From contig JAUXGL010000004.1 in assembly GCA_030622135.1 (NCBI GenBank), forward strand, positions 1 through 61,880: a stretch of DNA of 61,880 nucleotides. The letters run 5' to 3'. Positions 26,575 to 36,039 of this stretch are shown here, one piece after another (position 1 is the stretch's first letter; the number at the start of each line of letters is the position of its first letter). The translations under genes and the position numbers were made by a program. The DNA comes from Deltaproteobacteria bacterium. GTDB lineage: Bacteria > Myxococcota > B64-G9. The notes under the pieces are model-generated. The model worked only from the letters and a program-made list of their open reading frames with translations, had not been told where the DNA came from and did not search any database.

Positions 26575-28842
26575 TCAAGGCCCCACGGATGGCCCCAATT
26601 CACATCTCTCCCGGGCCCGCCCGGGTATGTCCCGGTACATGCGGTCCAGATCCGGTTCGTCGTTGCCCAGATGCCAGTTGACCAGGTGATCCAGAACCGT
26701 GTCCAGCCGATGCGCGCGCTTCTCGTCCTTTTCCGTCTCCCGCTGCCGGGTCACCTGTCCGATGAGCATGCCCACGGCGCGATCGTCCCGGTTGGGAGCG
26801 CCCCAACCCGTGGTGATCTGGCGGACGGCGCTCAGGGCGCTTTGGCTGTTTTTTGAAACCTGCCCGACGGTGTCCTTGAGGAATCCGGGGATTTTTTCCC
26901 GGGGATAGCGTTGGATCAGATGCGGCAACGGCAGCGTGCGGATCTCGTACAGGTTGACGTTGTTGTTGGAGCTGGTCAGCCGGAAGCGCCACTCCATGGG
27001 TGTGGAGTTGAGCAGCCCCAGCAGGTAGCCGCGCAGCAGGTCGGCGTCCCAGTCCTCCTTGGCCTGAGGCACCCAGTAATTGACCGAGTTGCCCAAAAAA
27101 ACGCCGTGGGGGGCCTCTGCCGCTACCAGCCGGCGTCCGGCTTCCATGTTGACGATGCCGGTCTGGACGATGCGGGGGGCTTTCACATCTTCTTTCCACC
27201 GCCCGCCTCCCCGGGCTTTTATAAATCCCCGGGAATCCAGCCAGCGCTCGGCGGGCTCGTTCGTGTTTGTCTGGGCTTGGTAGGGGCTTAGGTGGATGCC
27301 CCTCAGCAGCAGGGCGTCGGCGGGTTCGCTCTCGATATAGCGGCGGTAGATGGTCTGGTCCACCTCTCCCACCCTCCCTACGGCCAACTCGTCCAGGCTG
27401 GAGGAGTTGTTCTCGCGCATCCGCGCCGCCAGTGCGTAAGCGTCGTCGGAAGCCACCGGGATGGGCATGGTCTCCGGGTCGAGTGCGATGAAGCAGTCCG
27501 CGGGAATGCGCGTGTCGGGAAGCCGGCCGGTCCCGTCGAACACGGTGACCTCGCTGGAAGGCCGGTCCTTCTTGACGGCCGCCAGCAGAACTACCGACTG
27601 GCCCACGTCCTCGAACACCCGGGAACTCTCCGGGTACACCGCCACCTGTTCGATCCACCCGGACTTCAGCATGTGGGTTCGCAGTGGCGCCGCGGTGCGG
27701 TCCATCAGAAACCCCACCGGTAAAACGAACGCCAGTCGTCCGCCGGGAGCGAGCATTTCCAAAGAGCGCTCGAGAAAAAGCCGGTAGGTGTTTAGAGTTC
27801 CAGAGAGCGCCAGATTGTATCCGCTCTTGCGAATGCACTCCACGTAGTCCTTCAACCCCGGCCGCTTGTCGAAACCCTTGAGCATCTCGAAGGGCGGGTT
27901 GCCTATCACCACGCTGAAGCCTTCTTTCCCGGCGGACATCTCGCCGGGGAAAGACTTTTCCCAGTTCACCGCGTCCTGGTCTGGTGGGCTTCCGCGCAAG
28001 GGGCCGGCCAGGGCGTCGCCGACGACGATGGTCCGGTTCAGGCCTTCGAGGGGACCCAGGCGCGGGTCCGTCACCATCCATAGAAAGCTTCGCGCCAGTG
28101 TGGCGGCGACGGGATTTATGTCCACACCGCGAATGGCGGCGGGGATCAGTTCCCGGGCCGTCTCGGCCCGGCGGCGCCCGGAGACGCACAGCCGGCTGAG
28201 GAGTCGATCCAGGCAGGCCATCAGCAGGCGGCCGCTGCCGCAAGCCGGATCCAGGATGCGCAGGCGCGAGTGTATTTTGCCGGGGGAGTAACTCTCCATG
28301 ACATTGTCCAGCGCCATGGCCGCGAGCCGGCTGGCGATCCAGTCCGGGGTGAAGAACATCCCCGTGGTCCGCCGCGCGGCTCTCCCCCGTGAAAGGTATA
28401 GCGATCCGCTCTGCCCGCGGGCCAGGGTCACCTCCTGCAACTCCTGGTACGCCTGTCCCATGTCCTTGATGCCGGTAGGCGGAGTTGCCCGGGCACAAGC
28501 CTGTTGGGGATCGGTGAGCTTCTTCGGATCCAGGGCGGAATCCAGCAAGGGGCAGGCGGCGTCTTCGCAGAACTTCCACCAGGCGCCCACCGCCTTATCT
28601 TTGCCGGGAGCCTTAAGTGAGTCGGGTGCATGGCCCCAGTGAAACAGCGTATCGAACAGATGGCGCCGCAGGATGGCCAGCACGGCCGCCTCGCCCAGAT
28701 CCTCCACGCTCATTCCATTCCAGGTGTTGTCCAGGCGTTGCGCGGTTTCCAGTAAAGCCGTTTCCACCGGGGTTCCTTTCTGGGAACCGGCGCTTTTCTG
28801 CTTCCGCCTTTTCTGCTTCCGCTTCTTTTTCGCGTTGGTCAT
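26575..28842 (-). CDS. N6-adenine DNA methyltransferase (gamma class, Eco57I/TaqI-like) with C-terminal target-recognition region
   Basis: GMFFTP, motif I LDPACGSG, GVDINP, motif IV IGNPPF, LLGLLNS. Confidence 0.9.
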   Translation of the reverse strand: MTNAKKKRKQKRRKQKSAGSQKGTPVETALLETAQRLDNTWNGMSVEDLGEAAVLAILRRHLFDTLFHWGHAPDSLKAPGKDKAVGAWWKFCEDAACPLLDSALDPKKLTDPQQACARATPPTGIKDMGQAYQELQEVTLARGQSGSLYLSRGRAARRTTGMFFTPDWIASRLAAMALDNVMESYSPGKIHSRLRILDPACGSGRLLMACLDRLLSRLCVSGRRRAETARELIPAAIRGVDINPVAATLARSFLWMVTDPRLGPLEGLNRTIVVGDALAGPLRGSPPDQDAVNWEKSFPGEMSAGKEGFSVVIGNPPFEMLKGFDKRPGLKDYVECIRKSGYNLALSGTLNTYRLFLERSLEMLAPGGRLAFVLPVGFLMDRTAAPLRTHMLKSGWIEQVAVYPESSRVFEDVGQSVVLLAAVKKDRPSSEVTVFDGTGRLPDTRIPADCFIALDPETMPIPVASDDAYALAARMRENNSSSLDELAVGRVGEVDQTIYRRYIESEPADALLLRGIHLSPYQAQTNTNEPAERWLDSRGFIKARGGGRWKEDVKAPRIVQTGIVNMEAGRRLVAAEAPHGVFLGNSVNYWVPQAKEDWDADLLRGYLLGLLNSTPMEWRFRLTSSNNNVNLYEIRTLPLPHLIQRYPREKIPGFLKDTVGQVSKNSQSALSAVRQITTGWGAPNRDDRAVGMLIGQVTRQRETEKDEKRAHRLDTVLDHLVNWHLGNDEPDLDRMYRDIPGRARERCELGPSVGP

Positions 28843-28965
28843 AGTAGGCCCTTATTGGCGGCACCTCGACAACATGTTGTCGATAACGCCGGCTGGAACG
28901 ACAATGACTGCTGTCGGTTAAGGCAATACTTTTTTCAATCAAAGTCTTGAAAAAAGTGTCGCTGC

Positions 28966-30216
28966 TTACCCTCCTTCCGGTCCCGGATGAAGTCCGCTTG
29001 TCCACCGGATCAGGATCTCGAAGCGCTCCCGCTCCCGCCGGATTACCCGAACCCGGCCCACCTTGAGCCTGCGTGGGGAACCGCACTCGGCCGTGCACCG
29101 CTTTTCGAACCATTGCGACAGCGTCACGTTCTGGTCTTTCTGGCCCAGGTCGGCGTTTATGACCTTGCAGAGGTCGTCCACCTCCATCTTTCCGTGAACC
29201 AGGAAGCGCCCGGGGTTGATCTCGCGGATCAGCTCCACTTCGTCGTCGTCGTACTCGTCCTGGATTTCCCCGACGATCTCTTCGAGCACGTCCTCCATGG
29301 TGACGATGCCGATTACCGCTCCCTGCGCGTCTTCCACCGCGGTCATGTGCGAGCGCTGTATCTGCATGTCCCTGAGTAACTCGTCCACCTCCAGGGAGGC
29401 CGAACAACGGATCAGGGGGCGAACGTACCGCCGCCAGTTTTCTTCCGCGCCCTCGCGGTTGATCAAGAGGTCCTTGGCATGCAGCAGGCCGAAGGGATCG
29501 GCGAGATCGTCCCGGTAGATGGGGTAACGAGTGTTGCCGGAGCGGGTTACCTCCCGCATGACCTCTTCGTAGTCGGCGGACTCGGGAATACCTTCCACAT
29601 TCTGCAGCGGGATCATGATGCGGCTGACCGGTGTGTCCTTCAGCGCCAGCACTTCCCGGGTCATGCGGGACTCCGACGGCTCCAGTTCTCCGTCGCGGGC
29701 TCCCAGGCGGATGGCCACCAGCAGCTCCTGGCGGGAAAGCCGCCTCTCCCGTAGTCGTTTGCCTCCCAGGAAGGGCCACAGGAACAGATCGGTCAATCCG
29801 GTCGTTACCCAGACCACCGGCCTGAACAGGTGGCCGAACAGTTGGATGGGACCGGCCACGCGGGCAGCGAAGCGCTCGGGCTGGTGGGCCGCCAGGGTCT
29901 TGGGGGTGATCTCCGCGAAGATCAACAGCAGCAGCGTGACCAGAATGGTCGCGTACACCGGGCCCAACAGGACCGTGGCCACCGTCGCGGCCATGACGTT
30001 GACCAGGTTGTTGCCCACCAGGATGGTGGCCAGCAACTCCCCGGGAGTTTCCACCAGACTCAATGCCCGCCGGGCCCCCCTTACGTTCATTTCGGTCATG
30101 TGGGCCAGCTTGATCCGCCCGCTGCCGATCAGGGCGGTCTCCGACCCGGAGAAGAACGCGGAAAGAACGATCAAGGACGCCAGGGCGATAACCGGCCAAA
30201 CCCAGCTTGCTTCCAT
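28966..30216 (-). CDS. CNNM/DUF21-CBS-CorC/HlyC family (hemolysin-family) membrane protein
   Basis: SAFFSGSETA, ILVGNNLVN, FAEITPK, CBS pair, GIVTMEDVLEEIVGEI.DEYD. Confidence 0.93.
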   Translation of the reverse strand: MEASWVWPVIALASLIVLSAFFSGSETALIGSGRIKLAHMTEMNVRGARRALSLVETPGELLATILVGNNLVNVMAATVATVLLGPVYATILVTLLLLIFAEITPKTLAAHQPERFAARVAGPIQLFGHLFRPVVWVTTGLTDLFLWPFLGGKRLRERRLSRQELLVAIRLGARDGELEPSESRMTREVLALKDTPVSRIMIPLQNVEGIPESADYEEVMREVTRSGNTRYPIYRDDLADPFGLLHAKDLLINREGAEENWRRYVRPLIRCSASLEVDELLRDMQIQRSHMTAVEDAQGAVIGIVTMEDVLEEIVGEIQDEYDDDEVELIREINPGRFLVHGKMEVDDLCKVINADLGQKDQNVTLSQWFEKRCTAECGSPRRLKVGRVRVIRRERERFEILIRWTSGLHPGPEGG

Positions 30217-30309
30217 TTATTACCATCCTCCCGTGCATCATTCGGTAACTCAACACTGTTGAGTTGGCAGCATCTTCGCATTTTGCGAAGTTCTTTGAAA
30301 GGTGAAATT

Positions 30310-30372
30310 GTTACCAGAATCTCCCGGTTACCAGAATCTCCCCTTGACGGTGGGAGCCCGAGAATCTACCAT
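30310..30372 (+). promoter_or_regulatory. sigma70-type promoter (TTGACG-17bp-TACCAT) preceded by a 16-bp tandem direct repeat
   Basis: gttaccagaatctccc at 30310 and 30327; -35 at 30344-30349; -10 at 30367-30372; upstream of the S9 peptidase. Confidence 0.6.
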
Positions 30373-30424
30373 GATGCGTCCGTGATACGGGCGGAGGCCA
30401 CGTTATCCCGAGAGGAGAAATGTC

Positions 30425-33193
30425 ATGAAGCGAATGTTGTTGGTTCTACTGGCCGGTGTTTTGTTTCTCGCGAGCGGATGCGCCGGGGTATCGAAGACGG
30501 TACCGGGAGAGTCCGCGGAAGCCGTACCACCGGTGATCGATCGGCAGCTGTTGTTCGGGGATCCCGAGATCTCCGGCTCCAATCTTTCACCGGACGGCAA
30601 GCATGTGGTCTTCATCAAGCCCTACAAGGGCGTGCGCAATGTGTGGGTCAAGGGCATCCATGAGCCGTTCGATGCGGCCAGGCCAATCACCGCCGATGAG
30701 CGACCGGTGTCTGTCTATTTCTGGAGCCGTGATTCCAGGTTCATCCTGTACGTCCAGGACAAGGGTGGCAACGAGAACTACCATGTCTACGCGGTCGATC
30801 CGAAAGCAGAAGTCGAAAAGGCAACCGGGGTGCCTCCCTCCAGGGATCTCACCCCCATCGATGGAGTTCGCGCCTACATCTACGCGGTGCCCAAGAAGAA
30901 GCCCGGCGAGATCATCATCGGCCTAAACGATCGCGACGCTTCGTACCACGATGTCTACCGCGTCGATATCGCCACCGGCAAGCGCGAGTTGCTCATCAAG
31001 AACACGGAGCGGGTCGCCGTGTATTTCTATGACCTCGAAGGCAACGTGCGCCTGGCCGCCCGGCAGGACGACGAGGGTGGTTGGGAGACCCTGCGCATCG
31101 ACGGTGCCAAGCTGGTTCGTATCTACGGCTGCACCTATGAAGAGACGTGTCTCCCGGTACGGTTCCACCAGGACGGCAAACGCTGTTACTTCATCACCAA
31201 CAAGGGTTCCGAGGTCGACTTGATCGGGTTGACACTGCTCGATCCACAGACCGGAAAGACGACCCTGGTCGAATCCGACCCCGAGAAGCAGGTGGATTTT
31301 TCCGGGGCGCTCTTTTCGGAGTCGACCGACGAGTTGATCGCGACGATCTACATCGGTGACCGCCAGCGCATCTATCCCCAGACCGACGAACTGAGAAAAG
31401 ACCTGGATTTTCTGCGCTCGAAGCTGCCGCAAGGTGAGCTGAGTCTCCAGTCGATGACCACAAAGATGGACAAATTCCTAGTCAGTGTGTCGCGCGACGT
31501 GGACCCGGGCTCGGTCTACCTGTATGATCGGGAAAAGAAAACGGTTGAGCTTCTCTACCGTTCACGGCCGAAGCTGCCCACCGAGCACCTGGCGGCCATG
31601 CAGCCGGTTCGTTACAAGGCCCGCGATGGTCTGGAAATCCCCGCTTATCTGACCCTGCCCAGGGGCGTCGAGCCCAGCAAGCTGCCCACCGTCATTTTCC
31701 CGCATGGCGGGCCCTGGTCCCGTGATTACTGGGGTTATGATCCGTACGCCCAATTCCTGGCCAACCGGGGCTACGCCGTGCTGCAGCCCAACTTTCGGGC
31801 TTCGACCGGGTATGGAAAGAAATTCCTCAATGCCGGCAACAAGCAGTGGGGAACTGGCGCCATGCAGCACGATCTCACCGATGGCGTCAAGTGGATGGTC
31901 GACCAGGGTTTTGCCGATCCCCAAAAGATCTGCATCTTCGGGGGGTCCTACGGCGGGTACGCGACACTCGCGGGAGTCGCCTTCACGCCCGACCTTTATA
32001 CCTGCGGTGTGCCCTATGTGGCGCCGTCCAGCCTGATCACGCTCCTGGAGTCCATTCCTTCCTACTGGAAGCCCTTTTCAAAGGGTTTCTTCAAGAGAGT
32101 CGGGGATCCCGAGGTCGAGGCGGACCGCAAGGACATGGAAGCTCGCTCGCCGATCTTTTTCGTGGATCGCATCAAGGTTCCCCTGCTGGTGGTCCACGGC
32201 GCCAACGACCCACGGGTGAAGCAGGACGAAGCCGACAGCATCGTCGTGGCGCTCCGGGACAAAGGCCACGCCGTCGAATACCTCGTGGCGCCGGACGAGG
32301 GCCATGGTTTCCGGGCGCCGGGCAACCGCATGGCCCTGGCGGTGTCCATGGAAAAGTTCCTGGCCAAGCACCTGGGTGGTCGTTATCAGAAGGAGGTCCG
32401 ACCGGCAATCGCCGACAATCTCGCCAAAATCACGGTGGATCCTGCGTCCGTGAATATGCCGGATAAGCAAGAGAAGGCGTTTTTGGCCCGGGCCGAGACC
32501 GCCCCGCTGCCCAAGGCGAATGGAAGTCTCATTCAGCCCGCGTCCATGAAATACAAGCTCCAGATGAGCATGGGCCAGCGCAAGATTGAGCTGGGTGCGA
32601 CCCAGGTGGTCGAACGTATCGAGAAGAAAGACAAACAGCGGCTGCGGGTCACGAGCACCGTCAAGATGCCTCAGGGCGAGCAGGTCGATGTCATCGAGCT
32701 CGACGGGCGGACACTCACGCCCATCAGCCGGCACGTCCAGGGCATGGCCATGGCCACCATCAAGCTCAACTACAAAGAGGACGCCGTCACCGGCGAGATG
32801 AACGCCGGTGGCAGCAAGATGCCCATCGACAAGAAACTAAAGGCGCCCGTGCTGGGAGACGGCGCGGGTCTGGAACTACTCATCGCCGGGCTTCCTATCG
32901 AGGCCGGGTACGCCACCACCGTGCGCATCTTCGAAGCGCTGACCCAGAAAGTCCGGCCGATGAAGCTGGAGGTCACGGGAAAGGAGACCATCCAGGTGGC
33001 CGCCGGCAAATTCGAGACCTGGATCCTGCAACTGAAACCGCTCGACGGCGACCCGGGTGGCGGCGGGACGTTGAACGTCCAACGTAAGGCGCCGCATCAT
33101 GTCGTCCGGAGCGAATACAAGCTCCCGGCCATGATGGGAGGGGGAACCATCACTTCCGAGCTCGAGGCCACGAGCAAGAGCGGCGGGAGCTGA
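30425..33193 (+). CDS. S9 family (prolyl oligopeptidase/dipeptidyl peptidase) lipoprotein with extra C-terminal beta domain
   Basis: Lipobox LASGC; beta-propeller; HGGPW, GGSYGG (Ser), GANDPRV (Asp), EGHGF (His); about 250-aa extension. Confidence 0.93.
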   Translation: MKRMLLVLLAGVLFLASGCAGVSKTVPGESAEAVPPVIDRQLLFGDPEISGSNLSPDGKHVVFIKPYKGVRNVWVKGIHEPFDAARPITADERPVSVYFWSRDSRFILYVQDKGGNENYHVYAVDPKAEVEKATGVPPSRDLTPIDGVRAYIYAVPKKKPGEIIIGLNDRDASYHDVYRVDIATGKRELLIKNTERVAVYFYDLEGNVRLAARQDDEGGWETLRIDGAKLVRIYGCTYEETCLPVRFHQDGKRCYFITNKGSEVDLIGLTLLDPQTGKTTLVESDPEKQVDFSGALFSESTDELIATIYIGDRQRIYPQTDELRKDLDFLRSKLPQGELSLQSMTTKMDKFLVSVSRDVDPGSVYLYDREKKTVELLYRSRPKLPTEHLAAMQPVRYKARDGLEIPAYLTLPRGVEPSKLPTVIFPHGGPWSRDYWGYDPYAQFLANRGYAVLQPNFRASTGYGKKFLNAGNKQWGTGAMQHDLTDGVKWMVDQGFADPQKICIFGGSYGGYATLAGVAFTPDLYTCGVPYVAPSSLITLLESIPSYWKPFSKGFFKRVGDPEVEADRKDMEARSPIFFVDRIKVPLLVVHGANDPRVKQDEADSIVVALRDKGHAVEYLVAPDEGHGFRAPGNRMALAVSMEKFLAKHLGGRYQKEVRPAIADNLAKITVDPASVNMPDKQEKAFLARAETAPLPKANGSLIQPASMKYKLQMSMGQRKIELGATQVVERIEKKDKQRLRVTSTVKMPQGEQVDVIELDGRTLTPISRHVQGMAMATIKLNYKEDAVTGEMNAGGSKMPIDKKLKAPVLGDGAGLELLIAGLPIEAGYATTVRIFEALTQKVRPMKLEVTGKETIQVAAGKFETWILQLKPLDGDPGGGGTLNVQRKAPHHVVRSEYKLPAMMGGGTITSELEATSKSGGS

Positions 33194-33278
33194 TTTTAGA
33201 GGGAAGACAGGGACGTAGCTTCATTGTTTACATTTTTCCGCGAGTGGGTAAGATCTGGGGGACGGAGATCTGGGGGTG

Positions 33279-33298
33279 GGAGGTACATCAACTCCCTG
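33279..33298 (+). repeat. 20-bp exact repeat, copy 2
   Basis: Identical to 24079-24098; preceded by agatctggggg twice. Confidence 0.85.
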
Positions 33299-33392
33299 CA
33301 AAACACTACGAGGTTGTCATCCGGTTGCCATGTCCAATCACAATGCCCTGATAATTCAGCAAAAAGTAGTCCCTTCAGAAATTTCTATGGGG

Positions 33393-34976
33393 TCATTTGG
33401 CCGTGTAGCCTTTCGCCGGTACAAGGTTGTCGATCAGGATGTGAAGCTCGTCATCAGTCAGTCTACCGTTGATCGCCAGGAGCAGCAATGTGTCTTTGGG
33501 TGATTCGAGAATTAGGCTGCTGCAATCATCGGAAGGTTGACTCTGGATGATGGGCCTGGCACTGTTGAGCAGGATATTAGTCAACCATTTGTCTTCCTTG
33601 GGACTCCAAACCTTGAACCCGTTCTGGCCGGTGTAGATGAGGCCCTTCTTCAGCTTCAGGAACTTTTTTTCTTTGTTGCTCATCTGGGCAAGTACGAGGT
33701 GCCGACCGTCCTTTGCCCGATAGCCGACGAAGAACATTTTCTGGATCGGTTCATGGGGGAGAGAAATCCGGACGATTTGTGGCTGATCGGTCCAGGAAGG
33801 TTTGGATGCGAACACATAGGTTTCGAAGTCCGAGCTTTCAGCCATATCCTGAACAGATAGATCTGGGACCATAAGATCGTGCAGAATTCTGGCTTGCGGC
33901 GCTTCGTTTGCATTGCCGCCTTGAATGTCTAACTTGGCCAGATCCCATTGAATTCCAGGAGAGTCGACGGTTTCTTTGTGAACCCGTCGGATTCGAAGCA
34001 GCCTATGATCGTCGACTACGAATTCCATCTCCGAGATGATTTCGTCGCTTTCCCGAACGTGAAATAGCCAGAAAGCCTTCAACTCGCCACTCGGGTTGGG
34101 CATGCCCACCTTGACGATTTTCATGGGGCAATCATCAATGACCCTCGAGTCGATGCCCAAGACCATGCTGTCGTCGATTTTGGATGAAAATCCAGCCGCG
34201 ATTCCGAGCAGCCGCGCGGTATCCTTGGGAACCTGGAAGCCTTCAGTAACCGGAAAAACGGCGATTTTCGGGTTGCCGTCCAGATCTTTTTTTAGCAAGT
34301 ATACAGTCGTACCATCGAAGGCATTGGCAAAGATCGGTTTTTGTTCAGACCACATCACACGGGAAAACCGGCCGGTGGACGACTCATGCCAAATCTCATC
34401 CACAACTTTGCAACTACGACCCGACCCAAGTGGGAGTTGAAGTTGGTCAAGGCGAAATCGTCCAGTGGCATCGAGAGATTGCAGCGGCAACCAGCCCAGC
34501 CCTTCCAACTCTGGGTTCAGAGAGCACTCGCCGGTGATCTCGTTTCTGATGTAAACAATGCCGTGCTTGTCGAAGAGACTACTCTCTGCCGCCCAGGCTC
34601 GGTTCAACAGGGCAAGACCGTTCCCGCCATGGCCGTACCAATGCTGCAAGGGAAGAAATATCAGTAGCAACAATACTGTCGCGATCGCGATCCCAATTTT
34701 CCAGGAAACAGAAGGGGAAAACGATGAAGGTGCGGATTCAGGAATGGGCAGTTTCGAGATGGTGACTTGGTTCATAACACGCTCCTTGAATTTGTCTGAC
34801 GATTTTACTCTATGGGCTGGCTGGATCGCCTGTATGGTTTTTTGTGCCACTTCATACTCGTGGGCACATCGAGGACAGGCATCGAGGTGGGCTACGATCT
34901 GGTTTGTATGAGCGGTCTTACCGATGTGAGTGTCAAGCAGATCCATAAGGTGATTACAGACGGTTCGGCATTTCAT
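33393..34976 (-). CDS. Zinc-finger (ZAS) anti-sigma factor with TM helix and large extracytoplasmic region
   Basis: MKC...HLDACPRC, TM helix; start overlaps the sigma stop (ATGA). Confidence 0.82.
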   Translation of the reverse strand: MKCRTVCNHLMDLLDTHIGKTAHTNQIVAHLDACPRCAHEYEVAQKTIQAIQPAHRVKSSDKFKERVMNQVTISKLPIPESAPSSFSPSVSWKIGIAIATVLLLLIFLPLQHWYGHGGNGLALLNRAWAAESSLFDKHGIVYIRNEITGECSLNPELEGLGWLPLQSLDATGRFRLDQLQLPLGSGRSCKVVDEIWHESSTGRFSRVMWSEQKPIFANAFDGTTVYLLKKDLDGNPKIAVFPVTEGFQVPKDTARLLGIAAGFSSKIDDSMVLGIDSRVIDDCPMKIVKVGMPNPSGELKAFWLFHVRESDEIISEMEFVVDDHRLLRIRRVHKETVDSPGIQWDLAKLDIQGGNANEAPQARILHDLMVPDLSVQDMAESSDFETYVFASKPSWTDQPQIVRISLPHEPIQKMFFVGYRAKDGRHLVLAQMSNKEKKFLKLKKGLIYTGQNGFKVWSPKEDKWLTNILLNSARPIIQSQPSDDCSSLILESPKDTLLLLAINGRLTDDELHILIDNLVPAKGYTAK

Positions 34977-35584
34977 TGTGACACCCTCCATTCCCGTCTG
35001 ACGATCTTTTCGATCTTCTTCAGGCCGTAACGCAAACGCGATTTGACCGTACCCACCGAGATACCGAGCACCTCGGATATTTCAGAGAAGCTGAGCTCGT
35101 CGTAAACACGTAGTCGTATCACTTCAGCCTGGCGTCTCGGCAGGCGTCCGAGAACGGCTTCAATACGCCGTATCTCATCACCGGCTACAGCGCTCGAATC
35201 GGCTGCATTACGGTGGTCGTCAGAGAGGTCGCCAGTTTTGATGGAAACTTGAGATTTTTTTGTTCGGTTTCGCAGCAGGTCGATACACGCGTTGGTTGCC
35301 ATGCGGTAGATATAAGGAACAACCTGGGTGACGTTTTGGTGCCTTGCTCGATCGGTAAAAGCGCGAACTAATACGTCCTGGATAACGTCCTCGGCGTCTT
35401 GAGTGTTGCCTAATCTGCAAAAAGCAAACCAGACTAGCCGGTCCTGAAGCACATCGACAAGACTTTCAAATTCTCCTACACTTTGTGGCCAGCCGGGTAT
35501 TTGCGGTTGGTTGAGTGAAGATAGCTTTTCGGCGGAGTCCTGAAGCTCTTCTTTGATTATTGGCAAGACTACCATTATATTCAT
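34973..35584 (-). CDS. ECF RNA polymerase sigma factor
   Basis: DAEDVIQDV, YRMATNACIDLLR, EISEVLGISVGTVKSRL. Confidence 0.92.
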   Translation of the reverse strand: MNIMVVLPIIKEELQDSAEKLSSLNQPQIPGWPQSVGEFESLVDVLQDRLVWFAFCRLGNTQDAEDVIQDVLVRAFTDRARHQNVTQVVPYIYRMATNACIDLLRNRTKKSQVSIKTGDLSDDHRNAADSSAVAGDEIRRIEAVLGRLPRRQAEVIRLRVYDELSFSEISEVLGISVGTVKSRLRYGLKKIEKIVRREWRVSQ

Positions 35585-35955
35585 TTCCTAATTGAGCCGT
35601 GCTCTGCTATTTCCAGGTATTGGCGAGATCGAGTGTTTTGTTGAAATCGACCACTCCATAGCTGGTGTATATATCATATTTCTTCTTGCCAATATCGTCG
35701 GCGACTCGGCAGGTGTTCGAAAACGGCCTCAATACGCCGAATATCATTGTTTTGTGTATTCTGCAGACTATAACGAATTTGGAGAGATTATGGATCTAAA
35801 AAAATATTACCGATAGTTGGCAAAGCAGCGAGAAAAGCGTAATCCAGGAGATTATGTCAGGCAAAAGAAGGGCTAACTGCCTGTATTTATTGATGTGTTA
35901 ACCGACCGTATGCATGGAAGGGTTTTATATACCAAAGGGGGGTAAAAGAAAGCTT

Positions 35956-35984
35956 TTCACCATTTTGACTCGGTCTGATACAAT
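35956..35984 (+). promoter_or_regulatory. Putative extended -10 sigma70 promoter for the FHA-SLT gene
   Basis: TTCACC-17bp-TACAAT with TG at the extended -10 position (TGaTACAAT). Confidence 0.45.
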
Positions 35985-36039
35985 TCGCGGGCGAGGCACG
36001 GCGGTGTACTAACCCCTTTGTTCCATTGAGGAATCATCC

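Noticed and set aside
24107-26856. Long plus-strand ORFs 24107-25177 and 25423-26856
   Set aside because: Antisense to minus-strand genes that have signal peptides; no recognisable motifs.
26600-30256. Long alternative-frame ORFs 26600-28579 and 28613-30256
   Set aside because: Arg/Pro/Gly-rich off-frame products typical of high-GC DNA, overlapping well-supported genes.
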